From NCBI GenBank assembly GCA_963706325.1, contig CAVPLT010000004.1, positions 864,001-928,000 of the forward strand: a stretch of DNA of 64,000 nucleotides, in the 5' to 3' direction. Source of the DNA: an uncultured Nitrospiraceae bacterium (GTDB lineage Bacteria; Nitrospirota; Nitrospiria; Nitrospirales; Nitrospiraceae). Each line of letters opens with the position of its first letter. Positions within the stretch are counted from its first letter, which is position 1. This document shows, piece by piece, positions 38,796 to 48,521 of this stretch. A program made the position numbers and the translations under genes. Under the pieces are notes generated by a model that was given only the letters and a program-made list of their open reading frames with translations, ran no database searches and was not told the origin of the DNA.

Positions 38796-39374
38796 ATGAA
38801 CTGTATCCGTGTTTCTTCTGTTCCTTTGATTGTATTGGCTTGTGTGGTCGGATGCACAAACATCGACGTCAAAACAGATTACGATCACAACACGGACTTC
38901 ACTAGGATCCACACGTTTGCTTTTGCGGGCATGACCGATCTGAATCAGGACGGGCTTCTAAGCAATAGCCTGACACGTAAACGAGTCGAAACGGCTATCG
39001 CGCGGGAGCTCACGAAGAAGGAACTGAGACCGGTCAAGTTGGATCAGAAACCAGACGTATTAATCCACTATTGGCTGGGCATCAAGGACAAGGAAAATGT
39101 TCAGGCCATGGCCCCTATGATGACTCCCGCGGTGGGAGGTTACGGATGGCGAGGGAGCTATGGCTATGGGGCCGGATATAGCGGCGTGACCACCTATGAA
39201 TTCCGCGAAGGGACCTTGATCACGGATATGGTAGAACCTGTGAAGAATGAATTAGTGTGGCGTGCCACAGTCGTGGCAAACCTTGAAGATTCCGCATTGG
39301 AAAATATCGAGTTAACCAATAAAGCTATCCTAAAGGCATTTGAGGGGTATCCCCCAGCGGGCGCTCAGCGATGA
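38796..39374 (+). CDS. DUF4136 lipoprotein
   Basis: VVGC lipobox; DYD...DF....TF, Y.EGTL..D-like motif and LVWR. Confidence 0.85.
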   Translation: MNCIRVSSVPLIVLACVVGCTNIDVKTDYDHNTDFTRIHTFAFAGMTDLNQDGLLSNSLTRKRVETAIARELTKKELRPVKLDQKPDVLIHYWLGIKDKENVQAMAPMMTPAVGGYGWRGSYGYGAGYSGVTTYEFREGTLITDMVEPVKNELVWRATVVANLEDSALENIELTNKAILKAFEGYPPAGAQR

Positions 39375-39448
39375 AATGGCCATCCGGCAAAAACGGTGAA
39401 GACACTCTCAGACAACCGTCCGAAGAACCTCCACCCACGAGGACTAGA

Positions 39449-40179
39449 ATGAACATGCTTGAGTTGGGAGGAAAAGGGCACAGTTGCCTTGTAATGATGG
39501 CGGCTGTTTTCCTGGCAATCATCATCTCCAGTGGACCTAAGAGTTCGTTTGCTGAGACCATTCAAGAAGCGGAGACCGTAATCCAGCAAGCAGGGTCGAC
39601 ATGGCAGGACTTCATGCAGGACCCAGATCTCTCCGGCTTCCGCAATCATATAAAGGGCGTGAAGGCACTCTTGATCGTGCCCAAACTCCTTAAGGGAGCG
39701 TTTATGTACGGCGTCGAGGGAGGGAATGGGGTGTTGTTCATCCGGGATGAAAAAACGGGAGCTTGGCCCAGCCGGCTTTTTATGAACTGTCCTCGTTGAG
39801 TTTTGGCCCCCAGGCGGGGATGGAGCCTTCAGAAGCCATCCTCGTGGTGCAGACACTCAAGGGGGTCGACGCATTAATGGCGCGTACCGTCAAATTGGGC
39901 GCTGACGCGTCTGCTGCCCTGGGTGGGCGTGGCGGCGGGATGGAAGGCTCTACCTCGAGGAATATGGGCAAAGATTTTGTCACCCACGCGCGGTCAAAAG
40001 GTACGTATGCAGGAGTGTCCGTGGACGGCGCTGTCATACGGACGAAGGATGATCTGAACCATGCCTATTATGGATCAGTCGTTAAGCCCAGCGACATCTT
40101 GCAGGTTCGAAAGGTCTCGGCAAATCCCCATTCAAAGAAGTTGTATGAGGCGGTCTCGACGGCCACTGGAGTGCATTAA
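39449..40179 (+). pseudogene. SYLF/Ysc84 lipid-binding protein split by a 1-bp deletion
   Basis: IVP.LLKGAF.YG..GG.GV in one frame; QPAFY....SFGPQAG....E, LGADASAA.G and ARSKG.YAGVS.DG in the next. The junction is near 39765. Confidence 0.8.
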
Positions 40180-40290
40180 TGAGGTTGATTGGCCACATGT
40201 ATCCTCTACGGCGCCTCAACACAAGAACGACCCCAGAAAGACACAGCAAGCTCGTTCCTACCAATTCCATCGCTGCGGAGGCTACTTCAC

Positions 40291-41181
40291 ATGATCCACC
40301 TAGTCTTGATCATAGTCGTCGCGTTCCTGCTGTCTATATATGAGCCAGCCGGATCGATCGATGCTCACGCTGAGGCAACCCTAGCCCCCATGAAGGTTCA
40401 GGGCGAGGTCGTGGATGTCGGAGCCGACCGCATCGTAGTGCAAACACCCAGGGCCAAATTCACTCTGAATAAAAGAACGACTCGGTTGAATGCCCATGTG
40501 GGCGACAAGGTCACGCTGTGGGTGACCTCCGGACAGGCGGTCATTGATCACCATCGGCAGGATACTGGCCGTCGGCATCGTTTCGTGACCGGGACGTTAC
40601 TGGACCCCGCATCGGCGGAGGAGGTCAAGCTGTGGACGCCGGATGGCCATAAGGTCTATTCCCTGGCGGCACATGAAGCCAAGACGGTCCGACTTCCGGA
40701 GGGGACGATGGTGACGGTGGAGATCGATGAAGCCGGCACCGTCGTGGATGTCCATTCTGTCGAGACGGAGCAGGCCGCCTGTGACACACGTCACCACTGC
40801 AAAGTCATGTTGCATGGGACCGTGAGGAAAATAGAAGACCGGATGATTTTCATCAAAACGCCGGTCGTGGAGTATGAGATCCCCGCGAACGTCGCCCCCA
40901 GCGTGGCGGCAGTCGGTGATGAGATGACCCTCTGGGTGTATGAAAACAGTGTGGTGCTCAATTACCATCAGGCTGGTGAATCGTTGTCTCGTCGCTTCGT
41001 GACCGGCACACTCAAGTATGAGGACGCCACAAAATCTCATATCCGTCTTTGGACTCCGGAGGGAGAGCAGACGTTCGCGCTTCCTCGGATAGACAAGGCC
41101 AACCATCTGCGGGAGGGCCAACTGATCACAGTGGAGGTCAGCGAGGCAGGAACGACACTGGATCTGTGGCAATCGTCCTAA
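40291..41181 (+). CDS. Secreted protein with a tandem duplication of OB-fold-like units
   Basis: Signal peptide; two ~130-aa halves share VGD.xTLWV, RFVTGTL, LWTPxG and VTVExxEAGT. Confidence 0.75.
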   Translation: MIHLVLIIVVAFLLSIYEPAGSIDAHAEATLAPMKVQGEVVDVGADRIVVQTPRAKFTLNKRTTRLNAHVGDKVTLWVTSGQAVIDHHRQDTGRRHRFVTGTLLDPASAEEVKLWTPDGHKVYSLAAHEAKTVRLPEGTMVTVEIDEAGTVVDVHSVETEQAACDTRHHCKVMLHGTVRKIEDRMIFIKTPVVEYEIPANVAPSVAAVGDEMTLWVYENSVVLNYHQAGESLSRRFVTGTLKYEDATKSHIRLWTPEGEQTFALPRIDKANHLREGQLITVEVSEAGTTLDLWQSS

Positions 41182-41270
41182 GCGGAGGATCGCATCACCG
41201 CGTGCGACCGGTGAGCTGCCATGAAGTGATTCGCACGCGATTGCCCGACGAGTGAGGCGAAGAGGTAGGC

Positions 41271-41620
41271 ATGGCTGATCCGGTAGGCTCTCGAATCACA
41301 TTCGCCACAGAAGAAGGCGTCCTGGCCAATATGTGGTCGATGGAAGCGTTGGTTCAGCTGCTCGAACGGAAAGGACGCTGTACCAAAACAGGAAGTGCAC
41401 GATTTAATTGCTGAGCTGAGGACGCGCCATGCGGAGCTGAATGGGAAGGTGATCGACACGCGAACACCCAGGAAGACCAGTATTTGATCGATCATGTACT
41501 CAAGATCATTGATACAGTCGGCCAGCAGCCGGAGGAATCGAAGGAGCCCCTTCGCCGCGTGGTCTTGATCTGGATCAGCATACACGCACGAACTCACGAC
41601 CGAATTAACGGCTCTCAACA
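41271..41620 (+). pseudogene. Frameshifted hypothetical protein (end approximate)
   Basis: GAGG SD + MADPVGSR..NMWSMEALVQLLERKGRCTK continues as QEVHDLIAELR after removing one A near 41386. A further shift leads to LIDHVLKII. Confidence 0.45.
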
Positions 41621-41815
41621 TGGCATCCGATCCCCAAGACGACCAACCCTTTCCCGTCCCTACCGCTCGACTGACGTCTCTGATTGCTTAATTCAACAGG
41701 TGGAAGCGCGTGAGTTGATTGGCGGTCGGTTGAACGTTGCGTCATTGCCCACCGTGCGGAAGAGCGGCTGGGTTGCTCGCGGAAGGCATGACCCTTCTGC
41801 GAGGATCGGTACATT

Positions 41816-42817
41816 TCAGGGGTCCTCGAACGCAAACACTTTTTTCCAATCCCGTTTCATATCGATGACAGCCCAGCCTTTGGCCTTGGCTTCATCGAGT
41901 CCCTTGTTGAGCTCACCGATGTGCGACTTCCGATCGTAGGCCCATTCACGCGCTGCATCGGTGTGATGCACATACAGACAGAGGCGCGCGCCCGCACCGG
42001 AGCAGGTCCACTGAAGCATCTGCAAGTCGCCATCTGAATTGCCGAAGGCGGCGATCGGTCGGCGGCCTATGTAGGTTTGTATGGCAACGGGCTTCCCGGC
42101 CTTATCGTCAAAGAAGTTCAGCTCCGGCAACTTCGTGAGCGTAGCTTGTCCGTCCCGCATATCAAATCGCAATTTGCCGCTACTTCCCACGACCTGCTCC
42201 GGCGGGATGCCATAGGTTTTTTCGACCCAGGGTCGCATGAACTCGACGCCGCCACCGGAGACAATGAACGTCTTGAACCCGTTGGCCCGCAGATAGCCTA
42301 ACATCTCGACCATCGGCTGATACACCATCTCCGTGTAAGGCTTCTTGGTCACGGGATGTTTCGCAGTCGCGACCCAGTCAGTGACGAGCTTCCAGAACTC
42401 GTCCGTCGTCATGCCGGCATGCGTGGCCATCACGATGTTGAATACCGCCGATTCGCCGCCTGCCAGCGCGCCTTTCACATCGCCCTTGAGCAGAGAAGCA
42501 AACGGCTCTTTCTGTTTCCACTCCGGATGCTGGGGTGCAAGCGCCTTTACGCGGTCGAGTGCAAACAGCAGCTGAAAATACATGGGCTGCTCGGCCCAGA
42601 GCGTGCCGTCATTGTCGAACGTCGCGATGCGTTCTGCGGGGGCCACAAACGCCGGCCCCCCCTCCTGCGTCACCATTGAGACGAAGTCGAGGATAGCCTT
42701 CTTCGTCAGGCCGTCGTTCCACGACGGGAGCGGATCTGCGGCGTCAACGATTACCGTCCAGAGGACGGCCTGCACCAGCGCAAAGGACAAGACTTTGACG
42801 GAACGCTGTTTCATCAT
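41816..42817 (-). CDS. Exported HAD-family hydrolase (nonspecific acid phosphatase-like)
   Basis: Signal peptide; LPSWND, FDNDGTLW.EQP, IVSGGG and FGNSDGD. Confidence 0.9.
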   Translation of the reverse strand: MMKQRSVKVLSFALVQAVLWTVIVDAADPLPSWNDGLTKKAILDFVSMVTQEGGPAFVAPAERIATFDNDGTLWAEQPMYFQLLFALDRVKALAPQHPEWKQKEPFASLLKGDVKGALAGGESAVFNIVMATHAGMTTDEFWKLVTDWVATAKHPVTKKPYTEMVYQPMVEMLGYLRANGFKTFIVSGGGVEFMRPWVEKTYGIPPEQVVGSSGKLRFDMRDGQATLTKLPELNFFDDKAGKPVAIQTYIGRRPIAAFGNSDGDLQMLQWTCSGAGARLCLYVHHTDAAREWAYDRKSHIGELNKGLDEAKAKGWAVIDMKRDWKKVFAFEDP

Positions 42818-42999
42818 TCCTCTCTGTCATCTCGTGTAGAGGCTTCATCATGCCCGCAGCGAGACGCCGACTAGTTGCCCGGATGTCCAATCCCTTCCAG
42901 CCCCTCCAATTTCTTGAGCGCCTGCATTGCCTTGAGCGTCATGTAATTGATGTAGCACGGCAATATCGCCGTACATTCTCGCAGTGTAGATCAGCCGCG

Positions 43000-44577
43000 C
43001 TACTCGCCACCTCTTCGCTGCAGCGTTTCTAACACTTGGTCGAGACTGAAACTTCCAACTTTTTGGCTCGGTGGAAATTCCCTAAATGAGGCCAGGAATC
43101 TCCCGATGTACTGCTGCGCCGGCACGAGCGGAAGACACGCTCAATCCGCCACTGGTTGTAACCTATGCCGATATGGTCGGCTTGTTCAAATGGATCGGAC
43201 CGAAGATTGAAGAGCTTCGGGAGCCGTAGCGTGACGAAGGGTTCCTGCCAGACATCGAACCCATGAGCGCGTTGCTCCGCAAACACGAGCTTCCATTGAT
43301 GGTAGCGCAGCCCCACCAGAGAACCATCATCATTGAAGTAAAAGAATTCATGACGGGGATCGGTTGCTTTCCCGGCGAGATGATCCATCAGGTTGTAGCC
43401 GTCGAAGTGAATCTTGAAGGTTTTGTTCCTGACCTTATAGCCCTTCAGGAGCTTGGCCTTCACATCCGAGCTCGCCTGCAGCCGCGAGAAACGTGGGAAT
43501 CCAGTCGTTCGTGCGCAACGATATCGTTCACAATTGTGCCGGGCTTAATCACTCCGGGCCAGCGCACGAGCCACGGCACGCGAAAAGCCGCCTTCCCACG
43601 TCGGTCCCTTCTCGCCGTGGAATGGCGTGGTCCCGCCGTCCGGCCAGCGTAACGGATTCTGCCCCGTTGTCGGTCCCGTAGATCACGATGGTATTGTTCG
43701 GCGAGGCCGAGCTCGTCGAGCTTGTTCGAGAAGCAGACCGACCATCGTCGTCATGTTCCACCATGCCGTCAGGATAGAGCCCCAGGCCGGTCGTGCCCTG
43801 CGATTCTTTCTTGAGATGGGTCCAGATGTGCATGCGGGTCGGATTCCACCAGACGAAGAACGGCTTGTTGCCTTCTTCGACTGTCGAGGAACTCCATCGC
43901 GTGCCTCGTAATTTCCTCATCAATGGTCTCCATGCGGTCCACGCTGAGCGGGCCCAGTATCTTCGATCTTCTGTGCTGCCTTCCGGATCGCCCACGCATG
44001 AATGATTCCGCGTGGGCCAAACTTTTTCTGATCATCTCCGGATCTTTCGAAGTAGTAGTAGGTTCTCCGGCTCTTCCTCCGCGTTGAGGTGATAGAGCGT
44101 TGCCGATGAATTCGTCGAACCCGTGCGACCGTCGGCAGATGCTCGTCACGATCGCCGAGATGGTTCTTGCCGAACTGGCCAGTCATGTAGCCCTGCTCCT
44201 TCAGCAGCTCGGCCATGGTGGACTCCAGTCCGGCAGCCATTGCTTGAGCCAGGCATGCCGATCGTCAGGAGACCGGTGCGGAACGGGATGTTGGCCCAAG
44301 ATAAACGCCGCCCGCCCCGCGGTGCAGCGACTGCTCGCCATAGGCAATCGGTGAACAGCGCGCCTTCCTTCGCAATGCGATCAATGTTGGGCGTGCTGTA
44401 GCCCATGATGCCGTGGTTGTAGGCGCTAATATTCTGTACGCCGATGTCATCGCCCCAGATCACGAGAATATTGGGTTTGTCTGTGACGGCTAGAGCCCTG
44501 CCCTGAAACACCATTTCAACCAACATGACCATGGCTAACGTCGCCATGTGCAGATATGAAGCTGACCTCTGTCCCAT
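43000..44577 (-). pseudogene. Arylsulfatase, heavily frameshifted
   Basis: Sulfatase motifs are spread over several frames: KPNILVIWGDDIG, TPNIDRIA.EG, YGEQS(CTAGR), FGKNHLGD, TRMHIWTH, DGMVEHD, TDNGAE, HFDGYN, FNLRSDPFE, and FPPSQK.GSF. Confidence 0.88.
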
Positions 44578-44716
44578 CGTGTCGCCTCCTATTGATCTGG
44601 TTTCATAAGTCTTCGAAGGGTCTTCGATGTGGGGTGTGAAAACAACTGTCAAAAGTAACAGATATTACTTCCTGCGATTCGCAACTACATTTGGACACAT
44701 CTCATTGGGTATCTTG

Positions 44717-45778
44717 CTAGAAAACTGCGGCGAGGCCGATTCCCACATTGGTATTCTTGACCGACTCGTGCTCAAAGCTCTGTTTCCGGTTCGATCGCTG
44801 GAAGCCGACGGAACCTCGCAGGGAATCGGTAAATTGTCTAATCAGCAAGATCTCTCCTTGGATGATATCTTCGTGCGCGCCCTTTCGCTCGTCTCCGACA
44901 ATCCCGCTGGTCCAATTGTTTCGCTCATAGTGGATCGCTCCCGATAGGACCAGCCCCTGTATCACCTCGAAGTCCACGTCGGCACTAAGGTAGTGGTTCA
45001 CGTACGACACATCATCCTGTAATTGCGGCTGGTTTCGGCCGTCGGCTAGACCGCGTTCATAATGGTAACTGAATCCCAACTTGACCCGTTTGGACAGACT
45101 CCACTCCAGATGCGGTCCGATCGTATAGAAGTCCGTATCCCGCTGAGCGAAGGCATCGTTATAGCGTCGAATCCCATACCGGCTTAACAAGCGCACCTCG
45201 AGAGTCGGCGTAAGGCGCTGTTCCAGCCTCGCGCTCCAAATATGACTGGTGACAGACTCATCCACCAATCCTTCTTCGCCTGGCCGACGATCTTCGTTTT
45301 CTCCCAGGAAGAGGTTCGGGGCGTAATAGTATCGGAAGCGGACCCGTGTCTCAGCCGAGAACGCCTGTATCGCTTGTATATTGAGCGTGCCGTGATTGAA
45401 GCGTGGGTTGTCCGCATAGACGAATCCCTGTCCCCGAACGCTCAACAATGTGGTGCCCAGTCGATTGTTAAAGGATGTGCGGAGTATGGCATCCGGTTCA
45501 AACACCACGTCCGATCCCTTGTCAGTGAGACGGGTATCGATAGCCGGCTGGGTCGGATCGTCGTCCCTGGTCAATCGTCGTGTGGCGGAAAAAACGCCCA
45601 CATCATCTGTATAAAAGAGCAACGCTCGACCTTCGATGGTTGTCTCGGCAAGCGCCGGTGTCGTCAGCCATATCCACATGAGGGCCACGAAGAGTCGTCT
45701 GGTAGTCCAATGTTCGGCCACGTTCGCTCCGTCGAGGAGTCCTTTCCGGTGCTGGCTAACCGCCTTAGCCGCACTCAT
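44717..45778 (-). CDS. Outer-membrane beta-barrel protein
   Basis: Signal peptide, alternating amphipathic strands, C-terminal Phe. Confidence 0.7.
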   Translation of the reverse strand: MSAAKAVSQHRKGLLDGANVAEHWTTRRLFVALMWIWLTTPALAETTIEGRALLFYTDDVGVFSATRRLTRDDDPTQPAIDTRLTDKGSDVVFEPDAILRTSFNNRLGTTLLSVRGQGFVYADNPRFNHGTLNIQAIQAFSAETRVRFRYYYAPNLFLGENEDRRPGEEGLVDESVTSHIWSARLEQRLTPTLEVRLLSRYGIRRYNDAFAQRDTDFYTIGPHLEWSLSKRVKLGFSYHYERGLADGRNQPQLQDDVSYVNHYLSADVDFEVIQGLVLSGAIHYERNNWTSGIVGDERKGAHEDIIQGEILLIRQFTDSLRGSVGFQRSNRKQSFEHESVKNTNVGIGLAAVF

Positions 45779-45781
45779 CCT

Positions 45782-46960
45782 TTAGACGAGCATTTTGAGC
45801 AGGAGGTTCAAGACCTCGTCCATCGGCACAAGCGTGATGAGCAGTGGGACGTAAGGCAGAAATGCCACCAAGAGTAGCTTCAGTACATCATCTTTGTACA
45901 ATGGAATGATTGACATGTCGCGCACGGCCATCAATGAGCTGCCCACGTGCGCGACGGCCCGGAAGTCATTGCCTGCATCTCCTTCCACGGGGTTCCCCGA
46001 CAGCCATTTTCGATCCACTTGCTGGATCTGCCGGCTCGCGAGGGCCCCGTATCGAAACACCGCTGAATCCTTAGCCTCGTAGAGCTGCCGTACGAATAAC
46101 AGAAGGGGTCCTGCAATCACGAGCAAGAGGATCATAAAAAGGCCCCCCACTTCCCATTCATACTGCAAAGGAGAGACACCGTCGTAGACCACATAGTCAG
46201 CCACTTCGCCAGCCGTGGTGGCCGTCACGGCGAACGCGAACCCTGCGAATGCTAACAGCGATTCACTCAGAAAACCCAATCCCGCCGCCCCGTCGCGATG
46301 GGCAGGGGACAGATTGAGCTGCAGCCGTGAGATATGCCATAGCAGCCGCCACCATAGGGCCAATCGCCAGACCCATCGCAACAGCACAAACGAAAAAATG
46401 GGGAAGGACACCAAGAAGTACCAGCCGCCCGCAAGCGTCAGAAAATGTCCATGGGCTCCCACGCCCAGCCGCCATGTCACCTCCGGATAGTTAAGGATAT
46501 ATGTAAAGGCAATCAGGCTGTGAAGGTATGCGACTACAAGGAGGACCGCCACAAGCCGGCCTGAACGGCTCAACCGAATCGTGTCCTGCACCACGTCTCG
46601 AAACTGGAATCGTGCCTCCTCACTAATCAGGCCAGCACTCTCAAAATACCGGATCACAGTTCCCAGTCGGCCTTGACATTTGGTCTCACCCAAAAGGAAA
46701 ACTGGCACCGCGATGAGGAACCGCACATTGACCTCGAAATCCATCAGGAAGGAACTGAGGCGCGTGGGACCCATGGCCAACCCTTCTGCGGCCGCGAGCA
46801 CAGCCATCGGCGCCCACGCGATGCATACGGCATAGAAGGCGGCGAGGCCAAGCTGTGGTTTCCCGCGCCGCACTAGACCAAGCCACTCCTGGAGCCGGTA
46901 TAAAGGGCCAGCGGTGAAGAGAGGAAACTCTGCGGCAGAGTCAGGGTCGTTCTTAGCCAC
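45782..46960 (-). CDS. Multi-pass inner-membrane protein of unknown function
   Basis: About 7-8 hydrophobic segments; motifs RFLIAVP, LRWVWR...W and PAHRDGAAGLGFL. Confidence 0.8.
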   Translation of the reverse strand: MAKNDPDSAAEFPLFTAGPLYRLQEWLGLVRRGKPQLGLAAFYAVCIAWAPMAVLAAAEGLAMGPTRLSSFLMDFEVNVRFLIAVPVFLLGETKCQGRLGTVIRYFESAGLISEEARFQFRDVVQDTIRLSRSGRLVAVLLVVAYLHSLIAFTYILNYPEVTWRLGVGAHGHFLTLAGGWYFLVSFPIFSFVLLRWVWRLALWWRLLWHISRLQLNLSPAHRDGAAGLGFLSESLLAFAGFAFAVTATTAGEVADYVVYDGVSPLQYEWEVGGLFMILLLVIAGPLLLFVRQLYEAKDSAVFRYGALASRQIQQVDRKWLSGNPVEGDAGNDFRAVAHVGSSLMAVRDMSIIPLYKDDVLKLLLVAFLPYVPLLITLVPMDEVLNLLLKMLV

Positions 46961-47156
46961 GCGTATGTTGGTTACCCAGTGGTGAGGAAACTATCGCGAT
47001 CACTTCCGCACTCTCCCACCTTCACTCTGTATTTTTACAATGCACTCCTCTCATATTAGGAGCCAGTTGAAAACTGTCAGAAATGACAGGGACCCATATC
47101 GTGATTTTGGAAGTGTTTTGGTGGATGTGTTAGTTTCCTGACTAGGAAGGATCCCT

Positions 47157-47558
47157 ATGACCATTTGGCATCTCCTTTTCTATGTCGTAATGATAGGCCT
47201 TGTGGGGGATTTACCAGGATGTGCATTTCAATCAAAGCAACTCGATAAGACTCTTAATCCATGGCTAGGAAAGACCAAAGCTGATCGAGTTACGAAGGTA
47301 GGCCGCCCCACGCTCTGCACAAGGCTCAGCAATGGAGACGAGTCCTGTGTCTGGGATACGGGAGGTGGGGACACGAAAGGTGTGAATTGCGCGCCCGATT
47401 TTCTTTCTGAGGGCCTGGATTGCACCGAGGCCAGCAGCAAATCGTTGGAGCACCATGCCACCTTTGTATATGGCGCGAACGGGTTGGCCTACCAATGGAA
47501 TTACCGAGGGACTCTAGGGGAAAGATCGAGCAAGGATTCTGAGCCGATCCCGAAATAG
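47157..47558 (+). CDS. Hypothetical lipoprotein
   Basis: LPGC lipobox-like motif; LNPWLGK...GRP pattern; four further Cys. Confidence 0.65.
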   Translation: MTIWHLLFYVVMIGLVGDLPGCAFQSKQLDKTLNPWLGKTKADRVTKVGRPTLCTRLSNGDESCVWDTGGGDTKGVNCAPDFLSEGLDCTEASSKSLEHHATFVYGANGLAYQWNYRGTLGERSSKDSEPIPK

Positions 47559-48053
47559 TCGCGCACAATTTAATATTCAGACTTGAAGAACAACTTTATT
47601 CATATGTCGATGGAATCCCTATTGCTGCTTATTTCATCACCATGGCATGACATTTCTCGCGACCTATCGAGCCACTGACTTCGTTAGCCCTGTCCCAATC
47701 CTGGACAACAACCGGTCCAGGACCCATCTAACCAGCTTCAGCAATGGGGCCTTCGTCCCGGTCGGACTTTTTCGGCTGCACAGTGCCCTGAAGTATCGGA
47801 GCAGTTGCGTAGTTCTTCATTGCAAGGGTTCATGGGGCGTGGGGCAATGGGGTCCCCGCCGCTGCACGCACAGCGGCGCTTAGGGGACCACCCCTGCCTC
47901 ACGGTAAAAAATGAGGGATCACGGTTTTGGTCACGGTTAGGGCGTACTACGCTGTGAAACGCTGGATCACGCTGGGTATGGAAGCCCTTGATAACAGTAC
48001 GTTGCAATGGCATAGCGTGTCCTGCTGTTGCCTCGTGTTCCCGACGGAATCGT

Positions 48054-48098
48054 TTTCGTAAACCGCAGGTCGCCCGTTTAATCCTGGTCGCCGGTCCA
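48054..48098 (+). repeat. Degenerate 3' half of tRNA-Thr(CGT), a probable fossil att site
   Basis: TTCGTAA-ACCGC-AGGTC-GCCCG-TTTAATC-CTGGT-CGCCGG-TCCA spans anticodon loop, variable region, damaged T-arm and acceptor strand. Confidence 0.65.
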
Positions 48099-48521
48099 AA
48101 ATAAAAAAATGTACCGCCTGCAGAGGACATTCCACCCGCTGAACACTTCTCGGTGCTCATCTTGTGCTCAACCAACTCGCTCCAGCTCATTCCCTACTCC
48201 ATCCAAGTTCGCTTTTTCCTTAACATTTGGCTAGACTTGGCATGAATGAGCCCGAGCCCGAGTGGGCTAAGAGATGGTGTGTGAAACTCTTTCCTAAACC
48301 ATTTCTCGCACGTTCAATTCGTATCGGGGGGACCAAATCTTGTACCACGTTATGTTTCACGGGAGCTCGAGATTGCGAGCGCATGAACGCTCATGGATTT
48401 CTTTGAGCCGGCTTTCCGAGCACAGGAGGAAACTCTCAAAACAAGCAGAGTCAAATGTTTTCGGAACCCCTCCCTCGTGAAAAACGCGTCGTGATCGCCC
48501 CTCCATTGCCGAGCCCGCACT

